A stretch of DNA of 56,466 nt from Clostridia bacterium (GCA_017961365.1 JAGCXI010000035.1:1-56466), one strand, 5' to 3'. Shown: positions 30,017 to 39,612, counted from the first letter of the stretch. Translations and numbers: made by a program. Notes: a model not told the origin generated them from the letters alone.

Positions 30017-30720
30017 TTCTTTCTCTTCACGCCCCGATCGGCAGCCCACCTGTCGAGAATGTCGTAAATGTAACTTTCATTTACAGCCTCCCCTTCCGTG
30101 ACCTTCCGAAGAAGTTCGCTCGTGGAAAGGAAGGACGCCGTAAGACTCTCTATGCCGGCATTTCCTTCGCGGACGCCCGCCTCCAGCTCGGTGAAGCGCG
30201 CCCGAATGCCCGTGAGTTTGTCATTATTCTCCGAGAGCGCCGCCGCCACATCTTTATTGATAAATTCCGCCACTTTATTCACCCCCGCGTTATAATTCGC
30301 GACGGTGCGTTCGAGCTCTTTCAAATTATAATTCTTGCGCTTTTCGTCGAGCGTACTTTCCAGCCTGCCGATCTGCTCTTCCGCCTCTCCTTCGAGCTTA
30401 GAGAGCGCGTCCAGCGTGCTTTCCAGCTTCCCGAGCGTTCGGGAAAGGGTCTCGACCTCCTTTTCATAACGCTCGCTCTTGACGAGGAAAGCGTCGATCT
30501 CATGCGCCAAACTCTGCGCTTTCGTCGCCTCGGAAGAAAGGGTCTTATAAATGCGATCGAGATTTCCCGAAACGTCCCCTTCGAAAGCGGCGTTCAGCCT
30601 CTCGATGTCCCCCCGCAGACTGTCGTACGTGTCGGCGAATTCACGCAAATTCTCCGTAACGGGGGTCAAAAGATCTCTGTATTCGCGAAATGATTCGATA
30701 AGTGCTTTAACGTCTTCCAT
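30013..30720 (-). CDS. Coiled-coil hypothetical protein
   Basis: Heptad-rich, Glu/Leu-rich throughout; AAGGAG RBS; TGATG coupling to the helicase gene. Confidence 0.75.
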   Translation of the reverse strand: MEDVKALIESFREYRDLLTPVTENLREFADTYDSLRGDIERLNAAFEGDVSGNLDRIYKTLSSEATKAQSLAHEIDAFLVKSERYEKEVETLSRTLGKLESTLDALSKLEGEAEEQIGRLESTLDEKRKNYNLKELERTVANYNAGVNKVAEFINKDVAAALSENNDKLTGIRARFTELEAGVREGNAGIESLTASFLSTSELLRKVTEGEAVNESYIYDILDRWAADRGVKRKK

Positions 30721-33068
30721 CACTTTGCTCCTTTTGCCTTTTTATTCCTTCTTTTCAAGAGAGAGGAGACCTCCCTCATTTCTCCTTTCAGATGCGCAAG
30801 ATCGCTCTCGATGACGCGCGAGACGATCTTCATCGCCGCCGCATTCCCCTTGAGTTTCTCGAAATGAGACACGACGCGATAATCCAGACGGGCGTCCTCC
30901 CCCGTCGTCGTGGCGTCCACCATCGCGGCGAGGTCAGTTTCGCCCGCAAGCTCGAAATACTCCTTCGCTTGGGCGTGATATCCTTTCTCCCAATACGCGA
31001 CGCCCGCATTCACGTAATCGCCCGCCGAGACGTAATTCTTCCAGATCTCGATATCGAAAAGCACCTTCTTCCGCTCGAGATCATTGATGAGAGAAGCGGC
31101 GGCGTTTTCCGCATTGTCATATTGCCCGAGCTTCATAAATTCGACGGCGCGACGCTTATATTCTTCCTGCTCGACAAGGGTGCTTCCCACCGTTTCTTTG
31201 ATCCGACGGACGGCGTCCTCTGCCCGTACTTCCTCAAAATGCTCTTTGAAGAAGGAAGAAAACTGCGGGATATCCTTTTCTTCCGCCACGAAAAGATGCC
31301 TGCGCGCACGGGAGACACCCACGTAAAAGAGATTGAAATAATAACGATAGAGGCTATTCTCGTCCGCTTTCTTTCGATCGAGTTCGATACGCGCGAGACG
31401 GGCGAATTGCTCCCGATTCGAGGAAAGCACGTTATACAAAACGACGGTGTCCCTCTCCAAGCCTTTGATCTCGGAGACGGTGAGGATCTCCTTTTTCGGC
31501 AGGAGGGCGCGAAGCCGCTCTTTCTCCGCCTGCGAAGCGACCACCACCGTGAAATTATCCGTGACTTCTTTCTTCATCCTCTCAAGGAAATCCCCCGAAC
31601 GGAAATACAGCGCAAAGGAACCTTTTTCCCTTGAAACAGCCTCGGCATCCAAGACGAAGCCATGCACGCCGAAAGTCTCGCGATTCAGCTTTGCGAGCGC
31701 CATGACGATATCCGCGATCTCCTTGCTGTTTCGATAATTATACTTGAGCTCGGAGACTTCTGTGACATCCTTTTTATAGAGAAGATCCTTTAACGCCGCG
31801 AATGAAAAATAAGCGGGATTCACCATCTGCGAAGCGTCGCCCACGCAGAAAAGTTTGATGGCGATATCGCGGAAATAAGCGAGTTGGACGTGGGTGAAAT
31901 CCTGTACCTCGTCCAAGATGACGAGAGAATACTCCGGGTACTTCGTCTCGCGGGACATCTCCTCGCAAGCGGCATTGAGATCTGTTTCGCCGACCTCGGC
32001 AAGATAGTCTTTATACGCCGCGGAAAGGTCATAAACGTACTCCGCTTCCGCGCGGGTGAAAGTGCCTTCCCGCGCGAGGACGTACCCCTCTTTCCCCATC
32101 GCCTCTCCCGTCGCTTTGCCGAAGAGATAGCCATAGATCTCTTTATACAAGACCTCACGCGCAATGGAATGCTTCTTTCCGCGTTGCAGAAGGTTATAAT
32201 TCTTCATCTCCGCCAAAAAGCGACGGAAGGTCTCTTCATCCGCCTTCTTCCTCTCACCGTACTTCTTGCGATAAATATCCTCGAGGAGAAGATAATCCAC
32301 CTTTTCGGAGAGATAAGTGAGGATCCCCTCGATCTGCTCGCGGACGGGCGCGTCCGCGCGCAAAGGCACGCCGATCACCCGCGTCACCGCAAGGAGATCC
32401 GTCGCGTCCAAGCGGATCTTTCCGCCGTCGAGATCGGCAAGAAAGGCGCGCAAACTCTCTGCGAAAGCCTCCGCCTTTTTCCGCACGTCGAGGAGCAAGC
32501 CACGGGAAAAAGTGCTGTACAGCGTACGTCCGCGATAAGAGGAGACCGCAGCGAAAAGGATCTTGTCGATACAAACATTCGTCTTACCGCTACCCGCAAT
32601 GCCCTGTACGAGAAGGTTCTTCCCTTCCGCGCGGACGATCGCATTCTGCTCTTCATTCAAAAGCGGAAGATTCACTTCTTCGCTGAAAGTGCGATAAAGC
32701 TTGCGATCCCGATACGGGGACGCCGCCGTCCTCTCCACGCGCCATTCGTCGAGCCCCTTCAAACGGGGATCGCCCTCATGGGTGACGAGATAAGAACGGA
32801 AAGCATAAAAGATCACCGCCGCTCCGTCTCGAAAAGCGGGCTCGAAGGCGGCGAAAAGCTTCACGTCCTCGGCATAAAAAGAAAAATGTCCTTCCCGAAG
32901 CCCCGCTCGCAACGCGGAGGAAGCAAGATGGGTCAGAAGGACGTTCACATTCGCGAGTTTCGCCGTGGCAAGAGAGAAGTCTTCCGTCTTATATACGGAA
33001 TATTCCGTAAGATACAGCTCGTCGTGATCGACGACGATCTTCTCCGTTCTTCTCGTCTCTTTCGGCAT
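30720..33068 (-). CDS. UvrD/Rep-like SF1 helicase/ATPase with C-terminal TPR-like and coiled-coil region
   Basis: LNEEQ, GIAGSGKT, LDEVQD, VGDASQ, NYRNS, IKGLE, FYVGVSRAR. Confidence 0.85.
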   Translation of the reverse strand: MPKETRRTEKIVVDHDELYLTEYSVYKTEDFSLATAKLANVNVLLTHLASSALRAGLREGHFSFYAEDVKLFAAFEPAFRDGAAVIFYAFRSYLVTHEGDPRLKGLDEWRVERTAASPYRDRKLYRTFSEEVNLPLLNEEQNAIVRAEGKNLLVQGIAGSGKTNVCIDKILFAAVSSYRGRTLYSTFSRGLLLDVRKKAEAFAESLRAFLADLDGGKIRLDATDLLAVTRVIGVPLRADAPVREQIEGILTYLSEKVDYLLLEDIYRKKYGERKKADEETFRRFLAEMKNYNLLQRGKKHSIAREVLYKEIYGYLFGKATGEAMGKEGYVLAREGTFTRAEAEYVYDLSAAYKDYLAEVGETDLNAACEEMSRETKYPEYSLVILDEVQDFTHVQLAYFRDIAIKLFCVGDASQMVNPAYFSFAALKDLLYKKDVTEVSELKYNYRNSKEIADIVMALAKLNRETFGVHGFVLDAEAVSREKGSFALYFRSGDFLERMKKEVTDNFTVVVASQAEKERLRALLPKKEILTVSEIKGLERDTVVLYNVLSSNREQFARLARIELDRKKADENSLYRYYFNLFYVGVSRARRHLFVAEEKDIPQFSSFFKEHFEEVRAEDAVRRIKETVGSTLVEQEEYKRRAVEFMKLGQYDNAENAAASLINDLERKKVLFDIEIWKNYVSAGDYVNAGVAYWEKGYHAQAKEYFELAGETDLAAMVDATTTGEDARLDYRVVSHFEKLKGNAAAMKIVSRVIESDLAHLKGEMREVSSLLKRRNKKAKGAK

Positions 33069-33077
33069 ATTTTACAT

Positions 33078-33620
33078 TCAGACGAGGGCTTTCAGCCTCG
33101 CCACAGTCTCGTCGATCCACTTGATCTGGAAGTCATAATACGCGATGGAATAATTCGTGGAATACAGCCAATACGCGGGCTTCGCCGCGGTCTCTTCCAC
33201 CTTTCCGATCTCGGACACCTGCGCCTCGATATCCGCACGCGCTTCGAGGCAGATCTTGCGATAATTCTCAAGAAGATTGATCGCGTGCTCCCGATCCACT
33301 TTCGCGGAGAAGAAAAGCTTCATCAAAAGAGGATTGCGGACGACGCCGAGCTCCGACGCGCTGTCGTCTTTCAGCCAGCGAACGAGCTCCGCATTTCCTT
33401 CCTTGGTGATGCCATAGACCCTTTTATTCGGACGGGCGTCTTGCTCCACCTTCGAAGAACGCACCCATCCGATCTCTTCCATCTTGTCGAGCTCGCGATA
33501 GATCTGACTCTGATTCGCCACCCAAAAATAACTGAGAGACTCTTGAAAGAGCTTGGAAAGATCATATCCCGAGGACTTACGCAAGGTAAGCAAACCCAAT
33601 AAACCGTGTTTTAACGACAT
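33078..33620 (-). CDS. PadR family transcriptional regulator (AphA-like, long form)
   Basis: MSLKHGLLGLL, SGYDL, SQIYRELDKM, RPNKRVYGIT, LMKLFF. Confidence 0.93.
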   Translation of the reverse strand: MSLKHGLLGLLTLRKSSGYDLSKLFQESLSYFWVANQSQIYRELDKMEEIGWVRSSKVEQDARPNKRVYGITKEGNAELVRWLKDDSASELGVVRNPLLMKLFFSAKVDREHAINLLENYRKICLEARADIEAQVSEIGKVEETAAKPAYWLYSTNYSIAYYDFQIKWIDETVARLKALV

Positions 33621-33643
33621 AATAAACTCCCGATTTTCGCTTT

Positions 33644-33684
33644 TGTAATACTGTTAGTATATTACACAAGTTAGTATTCGTCAA
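33644..33684 (-). promoter_or_regulatory. padR promoter overlapped by an inverted-repeat operator
   Basis: TTGACG-17-TATACT; TGTAATA-N9-TATTACA at 33644-33666 covers the -10. Confidence 0.65.
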
Positions 33685-33768
33685 CCGATTTCCCTTCCTT
33701 TTCGCGATTTCCCAAAGATTTCCACGTCCGCCCTTCTCCCCCGCCCTTTATAATGGAAAGTGGTGCTT

Positions 33769-34731
33769 ATGAAAGGTCTTTTGCGAAATCTCTGTCTCTT
33801 GCTTTTACTCCTCTTTCTCTGCGTTTTTACGGGATGCGAAGGAGCCTTTCTTCGTTCGAGCCTCCTCACGGAGACTTCGGAAGAGATCCTTTTCCAATCA
33901 AATGAAAGCGAGCGCGAAGCGGAAGAGACGCTTTCGGAAGAGGCTCCGATCCCCCCAAAAGAGGATACGCCGATCGACGGCGAAGGAGAGGCTCCGACAA
34001 ATCCGGCGGAGGAACCGTCTCCGCCATTCACGGAGGATCCCCCCGAGGATGAGACGGCGCAGCCCGATCCTTTATACATAGAACCGATCTCGGATTACGA
34101 AAAATACATGGCGGTCTGCGCCGCGGCGAACGTCAATCTGCGCGCGGGACAAGGGACGGACACCCCCATTCTCGGCTGTCTCGGCGTCGGGCGGAGCCTC
34201 CCTCATCTCGAGCGATGCGGAGAATGGTACGCCGTCCTGTGGGAAGAGCGGATCGCTTACGTCAGCGCCGCATACAGCTATCTCGCGGAGACCTGCCGCG
34301 CAACGGAACGCATCATCGAAGCGGGGCTGCAAAAGCTCGGCGCGCCTTATGTCTGGGGCGCGGCGCGGATCTTGAACGGCGAAGGCGAAGAGAGCCCTTA
34401 TTTCACGGGAAAGAGCTTCGACTGCTCCTCTTTTCTTCAATACTGTTTCTACGTCGGCGACGGCGTAAAACTCGGCAATTATACGGGCAGCCAAGCGGAC
34501 TACACCCGCGGGGAGATCATCACGCGCTATTCGGACCTCCGACGCGGCGACTTCTATTTCACTGGAGAGGGCAAGATCTCGCACGTCGTCCTTTACATGG
34601 GCGGAGGGCGTCTCCTGCAAGCCTATAGCGCGAACGGAGGACCCGTCTCCTTCACGACGGACGACAGATGGAAAGGAAAATTCATCTCGGGGCGGCGCGT
34701 GGATCTCTCCGTCAAAGAACAATACGAATGA
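33769..34731 (+). CDS. NlpC/P60 peptidoglycan endopeptidase lipoprotein with SH3b domain
   Basis: Lipobox FTGC, Glu/Pro linker, VNLRAG (SH3b), GAPYVWG, FDCSSF, SHV; alternative start GTG 33760. Confidence 0.88.
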   Translation: MKGLLRNLCLLLLLLFLCVFTGCEGAFLRSSLLTETSEEILFQSNESEREAEETLSEEAPIPPKEDTPIDGEGEAPTNPAEEPSPPFTEDPPEDETAQPDPLYIEPISDYEKYMAVCAAANVNLRAGQGTDTPILGCLGVGRSLPHLERCGEWYAVLWEERIAYVSAAYSYLAETCRATERIIEAGLQKLGAPYVWGAARILNGEGEESPYFTGKSFDCSSFLQYCFYVGDGVKLGNYTGSQADYTRGEIITRYSDLRRGDFYFTGEGKISHVVLYMGGGRLLQAYSANGGPVSFTTDDRWKGKFISGRRVDLSVKEQYE

Positions 34732-34762
34732 GATCCCAAGTCCTGTCGGATAACGCATAGAC

Positions 34763-34793
34763 AAAAAGGCAACGAACGATCGTTGCCTTTTTT
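34763..34793. terminator. Bidirectional intrinsic terminator
   Basis: AAAAAGGCAACGA/TCGTTGCCTTTTT perfect inverted repeat. Confidence 0.85.
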
Positions 34794-34824
34794 CGTACCA
34801 TTTTGCCGCGAAAGCTTTTAGATC

Positions 34825-35832
34825 TTATTCCTTCGCCTCTTCCTTATTTGCGGGCGTCTCGGGAGCTTCGGGGAGCGCTTTCGCCGCGGCTCTCGCCTTC
34901 ATCGCTTTTTCCGCCGCCTCCTCTTCTTCCTTACGCTTCGCGCGATAGTCACGCAGTTTCTTAAAGAGCGTGAACGGGACTTTGCGAATGCGGCAGACGA
35001 TAAACTTCACAAGAACGTAGATCCCGAAGCCCACCGCGAGGAGCCCGAGATAAGGCAGGACCGCCACGAGAACGGTCAAGATGCCGCCGAAGACGATGCC
35101 GATGCTCTTCCCGCTGCCGAAGAAGACCTCTCCGAGCTTCTCCCAATAGCTCGCTTTTTCCTCTTCTTCATAGTCCCCTTCGCTGTATAAAGTGACGTTC
35201 ACCGTGCTGTAGTCCGCCTCTTTTTTATAATCGGTCAAGACCTTGGAATAATTGTCGATCTGACGGGAGACGTCCAAGATCCGCTCGGTGATATCCACTT
35301 TCTCCGCAAAGGTGGTCGCCTCGGCGAGGAGGGCTTCCAACGTGGCTTTCTTAAATTCCAACGCTTCTTTCTCGCTCTCCGCATTCACGTAACGATCCGT
35401 GATATCCACGGTGGACACTTCTTTTCTTTCCACCTTCCCCGTGCCTTCTATCTCGTCGAGGAAGTCATTCAGCTTCGGCGTGGGGACGCGGAAAGAATAT
35501 TCGTACACACCGGAGGAATGCTCATCGGAATGAGACTCATAGCCCGCGACCGCAGTCAGCGCCGCGCGCATCTTCTCGGCGGACGCCGTGTGATCCGTCA
35601 CCGTAAGAGCGATATCCACCGTATAGACGATGAGGCGATCCTCCGTCACGATGATACGGCTCGTCGAGGACGCGCCGCTGACCTTATTGGACAAGGCATA
35701 TTGCTTATTGGGCGCGCTCACCGCTCCGTCTTCTTCCGAGATCCCTTCCTTGGCGCTACACGCCGCAAAGGCAAGAAGGACGGAAAGAAGGAGCAATGCG
35801 ACGACTACGACACGAAAAACTTTCGATTTCAT
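34825..35832 (-). CDS. DUF4349 domain lipoprotein
   Basis: Lipobox FAAC, FRVP, DITDRYV coiled coil, YSTVNVTL, C-terminal TM. Confidence 0.85.
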   Translation of the reverse strand: MKSKVFRVVVVALLLLSVLLAFAACSAKEGISEEDGAVSAPNKQYALSNKVSGASSTSRIIVTEDRLIVYTVDIALTVTDHTASAEKMRAALTAVAGYESHSDEHSSGVYEYSFRVPTPKLNDFLDEIEGTGKVERKEVSTVDITDRYVNAESEKEALEFKKATLEALLAEATTFAEKVDITERILDVSRQIDNYSKVLTDYKKEADYSTVNVTLYSEGDYEEEEKASYWEKLGEVFFGSGKSIGIVFGGILTVLVAVLPYLGLLAVGFGIYVLVKFIVCRIRKVPFTLFKKLRDYRAKRKEEEEAAEKAMKARAAAKALPEAPETPANKEEAKE

Positions 35833-35917
35833 AATGACCCTCCTGTTATTTCTATAAAGAGTATATCATATCACGAGCGCGAGATACGCCCGCGAAAGAA
35901 AAATTTATCCGAAATTT

Positions 35918-35945
35918 AAAAAAGCGGCGAGCCGAAACCCGCCGC
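35918..35945 (-). terminator. Terminator of the amino acid ABC operon
   Basis: GCGGCG/CGCCGC stem plus T6 on minus strand. Confidence 0.7.
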
Positions 35946-35951
35946 AAAAGA

Positions 35952-36875
35952 TCATTTATTTCGAGAAGCAAGGAATGCCTTGGTCTTCTCGCTCTTCGGA
36001 TTCCCAAAGACTTCCTCCGGCGTGCCCGCCTCTTCGATGACGCCATTCGCCATAAAGATGATCTTATCCGCCACGTCCCGCGCAAACTCCATTTCATGGG
36101 TCACGACGATCATCGTGGTGTCGCTGTCCTTGAGCTCTCGAATGACTTTCAGGACTTCGCCCGTCAGCTCGGGATCGAGCGCGCTCGTCGGCTCGTCGAA
36201 GCAAAGGATATCGGGATTCATCACCAAAGCGCGGGCAATGGCGACGCGCTGTTGCTGCCCGCCCGAAAGCTCACAGGGATAATTATCCTTCTTTTCGAGG
36301 AGGCCCACTCTTTCGAGAGTGGAAAGAGCTTTTTCTTTGATCTCTTCCACGTCCCGATAATCAGGCTTTCCGTTCGCCGCGTATTTTGCCTCTGCCGCCG
36401 CGATCTCTTCCGCGGAAGACGCTTTTTTCAGGGCACGAGCTTTCTCTTTCTCCGCTTTCTTCGCCGCGCGGAGATCGCTCTTGAATTGGAGCGTGGGCGC
36501 AAGCGTCAGATTATTGATCACCGACTTATGCGGAAAAAGATTAAAATTCTGGAAAACCAGCCCGAAATGGAGCCTTTTTACACGAAGGAGCTTGTCATTA
36601 TGTTTAAGCTTCTTTTTCGCCGTCTGTTCCGCAAGCCCGTCATAAAGCACCTCTCCATTCACCGAGATGGTGCCTTCATCCGAGAATTCGAGGAAATTCA
36701 AGCAACGAAGAAGCGTCGTCTTGCCGCTGCCCGATGAACCGATGATGACAACGACTTCGCCCTTCGCCACCGAGAAATCGATGCCTTTCAGGACCTCCGT
36801 CTCGCCGAACTTCTTTTTGATCCCTTTGACTTCGAGAATAGTCTCGGGCGCACTCTTTATCATTTCTTCCGACAT
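35952..36875 (-). CDS. Polar amino acid ABC transporter ATP-binding protein (GlnQ-like)
   Basis: [41 protein letters not shown]. Confidence 0.95.
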   Translation of the reverse strand: MSEEMIKSAPETILEVKGIKKKFGETEVLKGIDFSVAKGEVVVIIGSSGSGKTTLLRCLNFLEFSDEGTISVNGEVLYDGLAEQTAKKKLKHNDKLLRVKRLHFGLVFQNFNLFPHKSVINNLTLAPTLQFKSDLRAAKKAEKEKARALKKASSAEEIAAAEAKYAANGKPDYRDVEEIKEKALSTLERVGLLEKKDNYPCELSGGQQQRVAIARALVMNPDILCFDEPTSALDPELTGEVLKVIRELKDSDTTMIVVTHEMEFARDVADKIIFMANGVIEEAGTPEEVFGNPKSEKTKAFLASRNK

Positions 36876-36887
36876 ACGCTTTCCTCC

Positions 36888-37538
36888 TTACACCTTGTAA
36901 TAACTCATCTTCTTCTCGATAAAGCCGAAGAGAAGCGTGAGGAGACCGACGAACACAAGGTAGAAAATACCTGCTACAAGGAGCGGGATAATGATATTCA
37001 CCGCATAGGTCCCCGTGAAATTCTTCGCCACGCGGATGATCTCGATGACCGCTATGGTATTCGCAAGAGAGGTATCTTTCACAAGCGTAATGATCTCATT
37101 GCTCATCGGGGGAACGATGCGCTTAACCACCTGCGGCAGGATGACATGGAAGAAGGTCTGCCCTTTGCTCATGCCGAGTACGGCGCCCGCTTCATACTGC
37201 CCTCTCGAAATGCTCTCGATCCCGCCCCTGTATATCTCCGAAAAGTAACATGCGTAATTGATGGAAAACGCAATGATAACGGCGATCATCGGTTCGGTAA
37301 CGGTGAAAAGCCCGATGAGTCCGGGACCGTAACAGACGATCAATAATTGCAACATAAGAGGCGTGCCGCGAATGACCCAAACAAAGCCGCGAATGAAATA
37401 CTTCAACGGCTTAAATCTCGACATCGAGCCAAAGGCAACAATAAGTCCCAAGGGGATCGCTATGACCAGCGTCAGCGCGAAGATCTCGCACGTGACAAGG
37501 AAGCCCGATCCAAGATCAAATAAAAGTGCCTTAAACAT
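36888..37538 (-). CDS. Polar amino acid ABC transporter permease
   Basis: RGTPL, SEIYRGGI, GQYEAG, ILPQ, LVKDTSL. Confidence 0.95.
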   Translation of the reverse strand: MFKALLFDLGSGFLVTCEIFALTLVIAIPLGLIVAFGSMSRFKPLKYFIRGFVWVIRGTPLMLQLLIVCYGPGLIGLFTVTEPMIAVIIAFSINYACYFSEIYRGGIESISRGQYEAGAVLGMSKGQTFFHVILPQVVKRIVPPMSNEIITLVKDTSLANTIAVIEIIRVAKNFTGTYAVNIIIPLLVAGIFYLVFVGLLTLLFGFIEKKMSYYKV

Positions 37539-37558
37539 TTTTCTCCTTTAACACAAAT

Positions 37559-37588
37559 AAGTTAGCCTCGTTTTCACAAGGCTAACTT
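37559..37588. other. Intercistronic stem-loop after the binding-protein gene
   Basis: AAGTTAGCCT/AGGCTAACTT perfect 10-bp stem. Confidence 0.65.
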
Positions 37589-37617
37589 GCGCATTATCTT
37601 TTGAATAAAGATTTGTA

Positions 37618-38493
37618 TTATTCTTCTTCGCCCTCGAAATAATTCATCGGAGCAAAGATGGTGTAACCGATCGTGATCTTTCCTTTCTTCTGGATCGCCG
37701 CGGTCGCACCGTCGGTGGGAAGGGTATAGTCTTTGGTGAAGCCGTTGTAAAGGTTCGAATCCAAGGAATACTTCTCAGCAAGGTTCTTCGCAGTGCCGTT
37801 ATCGAAACACTTCTTCAAGGCATAGTTCAGAGCATCTCTGAGGTTGCTCTTCTCTTTCACCGCAACGGCATAATACTCGACCTCGACATCTTCGAGCGAA
37901 ACGATCGCCAAAGAATCCTTGTATGCGCCTTTCGCGGAAGAGATGTACTCGCTCGCCATCGTAAGATCGATCACGCCGAAATCATACGTGCCGGCGGTAA
38001 CAGCGGTAAAGACGTCAAGCTGCTTGCCGAGCTGGGAGCATTCCACACCCAACACATCTTCAATAACGCTTTGGCCCGCAGAGGATGCCTCGGCGCAACC
38101 CTTCTTCCCCGCAAAGCTCGCATTGGAAGCATAAAACGCGGCATTCGCTTTCTTCACGACAGCGACTTGCTTATTCTCCATATAGAACTCCGTGAAATCC
38201 AAACCTCCGATCTGCTTATTGTCTCTGTCCGGATCGATGTAACCATTGTCTCTGGCCTCGGTATACGTGAAACCGTTCCACACAACGTCGATCGCGCCCG
38301 ACTCCAACATCGTCTCCTTGGAATCCCAATCGATCTCAACGAACTTCACTTTCAGCCCAAGCTCACTTGCCACAGCTTCCGCAAGCTCGGTATCGAAACC
38401 GACAAGTTTCTTATTGGAGCAGCCTGCAAACACTGCTACGCAGCTCACGATGACCGCAAGCACCAAAATGATCGCAATAATACTCTTTTTCAT
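37618..38493 (-). CDS. Amino acid ABC substrate-binding lipoprotein (family 3), circularly permuted
   Basis: Lipobox FAGC, LVGFDTELA, IDWDSK, IDVVWNG, YMENKQ; usual N-terminal strand located at the C-terminus. Confidence 0.9.
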   Translation of the reverse strand: MKKSIIAIILVLAVIVSCVAVFAGCSNKKLVGFDTELAEAVASELGLKVKFVEIDWDSKETMLESGAIDVVWNGFTYTEARDNGYIDPDRDNKQIGGLDFTEFYMENKQVAVVKKANAAFYASNASFAGKKGCAEASSAGQSVIEDVLGVECSQLGKQLDVFTAVTAGTYDFGVIDLTMASEYISSAKGAYKDSLAIVSLEDVEVEYYAVAVKEKSNLRDALNYALKKCFDNGTAKNLAEKYSLDSNLYNGFTKDYTLPTDGATAAIQKKGKITIGYTIFAPMNYFEGEEE

Positions 38494-38540
38494 TCTCTTT
38501 ATTCTCCTTTTCACTCTCGCCGAAAATTCAGCGTGGTCAC

Positions 38541-38569
38541 ATTATAACACAGGAAATTTTAGTTGTAAA
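38541..38569 (-). promoter_or_regulatory. sigma-A promoter of the amino acid ABC operon
   Basis: TTTACA-17-TATAAT. Confidence 0.7.
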
Positions 38570-38649
38570 GCGATTTAGCGTGTTAAAGTGAAAAATTTTT
38601 GTTTTTCTTTTTTTGCGAAAAAGACGCCTATCGCGCGAAACTTTTAAAA

Positions 38650-39555
38650 TCAAATGGGATCTTTTCGCGAAGGAGAAGGAAGGTTCAGGACGATGATCGC
38701 GCCGAGGACAAAGACGATGCCCAGGATCTTCGCAAAGTCATGCGTCTCGCCGAAGAAAGCGATCCCCACCACCGCGGCGACAAGGGGCTCCACCGCCACG
38801 AGGATCGCAGAGCGGGAAGGCTCCACCCTCTTCAAGCCCCAAGTATAGAAGAAATACGGCAAGACCGTGGAGACGACGGCGATGGCGACGCACCATATCC
38901 AAAGCGAAGGCGTACCCGACAAGACGGAAAAGAGCCCTTTTACATCCGAAGCGGGCAAGGCGGCAAGAAAGGCGAAAACGAAAGTATAGGTCGTGACGGT
39001 CAGTGTGTCGTACTTACGCAGACCGAAAGCGCCGAAGATGGTGTATAAAGCGTAAAAAAGTCCCGAAAGGATCCCCATGAGCGCCACGAAAGGCTCGAGC
39101 CGAGCGCCGCTGCCCGTCACGCCCGAAACCAAGAGACAGCCGATGAAAGTCATGGCAAGCGCGATGATCTTCTCCGGGCGTATCTTCTCCTTAAAAAGAA
39201 GAGCGGAGAGCACCATAACGAAGATGGGCGACGTATAAAGCAGGACAACGGCGACGGAGGCTTCGGAATGAATAATCGTATAGAAATAAAAATAATTGAA
39301 AAGAAAGACGCTGACAACGCCCGTCCCGAGGAAGATCCAGACGTCACGCAGACGAAACCCAAGCTTTCGCGGAGAAGAAAGGAGCGTAACGACGAGGAAA
39401 AGCGGCGCCGCGATGAAAAGACGCACAAAACAGATCTGCATGGCGGTGAGCCCCGCCGCAGAGAGCTTGCGGATGAAAATGCTGATGACGCCCCACAGAA
39501 CGCCTGCCAGAAGGATGGAGAGCGGAGGGAGCACGCGCGAGAACTTCTCTTTCAT
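38650..39555 (-). CDS. DMT/EamA family transporter
   Basis: About 10 TMs; LWG, VLLYTSP, LFKE, LVAVEP; start moved to ATG 39555. Confidence 0.92.
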   Translation of the reverse strand: MKEKFSRVLPPLSILLAGVLWGVISIFIRKLSAAGLTAMQICFVRLFIAAPLFLVVTLLSSPRKLGFRLRDVWIFLGTGVVSVFLFNYFYFYTIIHSEASVAVVLLYTSPIFVMVLSALLFKEKIRPEKIIALAMTFIGCLLVSGVTGSGARLEPFVALMGILSGLFYALYTIFGAFGLRKYDTLTVTTYTFVFAFLAALPASDVKGLFSVLSGTPSLWIWCVAIAVVSTVLPYFFYTWGLKRVEPSRSAILVAVEPLVAAVVGIAFFGETHDFAKILGIVFVLGAIIVLNLPSPSRKDPI

Positions 39556-39564
39556 TTCCTTTTC

Positions 39565-39593
39565 ATTATACAATCTCTTTTGCAAATACTCAA
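39565..39593 (-). promoter_or_regulatory. Promoter of second DMT gene (near-leaderless)
   Basis: TTGAGT-17-TATAAT, 10 nt before ATG 39555. Confidence 0.55.
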
Positions 39594-39612
39594 TTTTTTT
39601 GACGGCGAATCA

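Noticed and set aside
30720-33068. PcrA/UvrD or HelD assignment
   Set aside because: Short region between helicase motifs IV and V, no HelD-type long N-terminal arm, and an extra TPR-like tail
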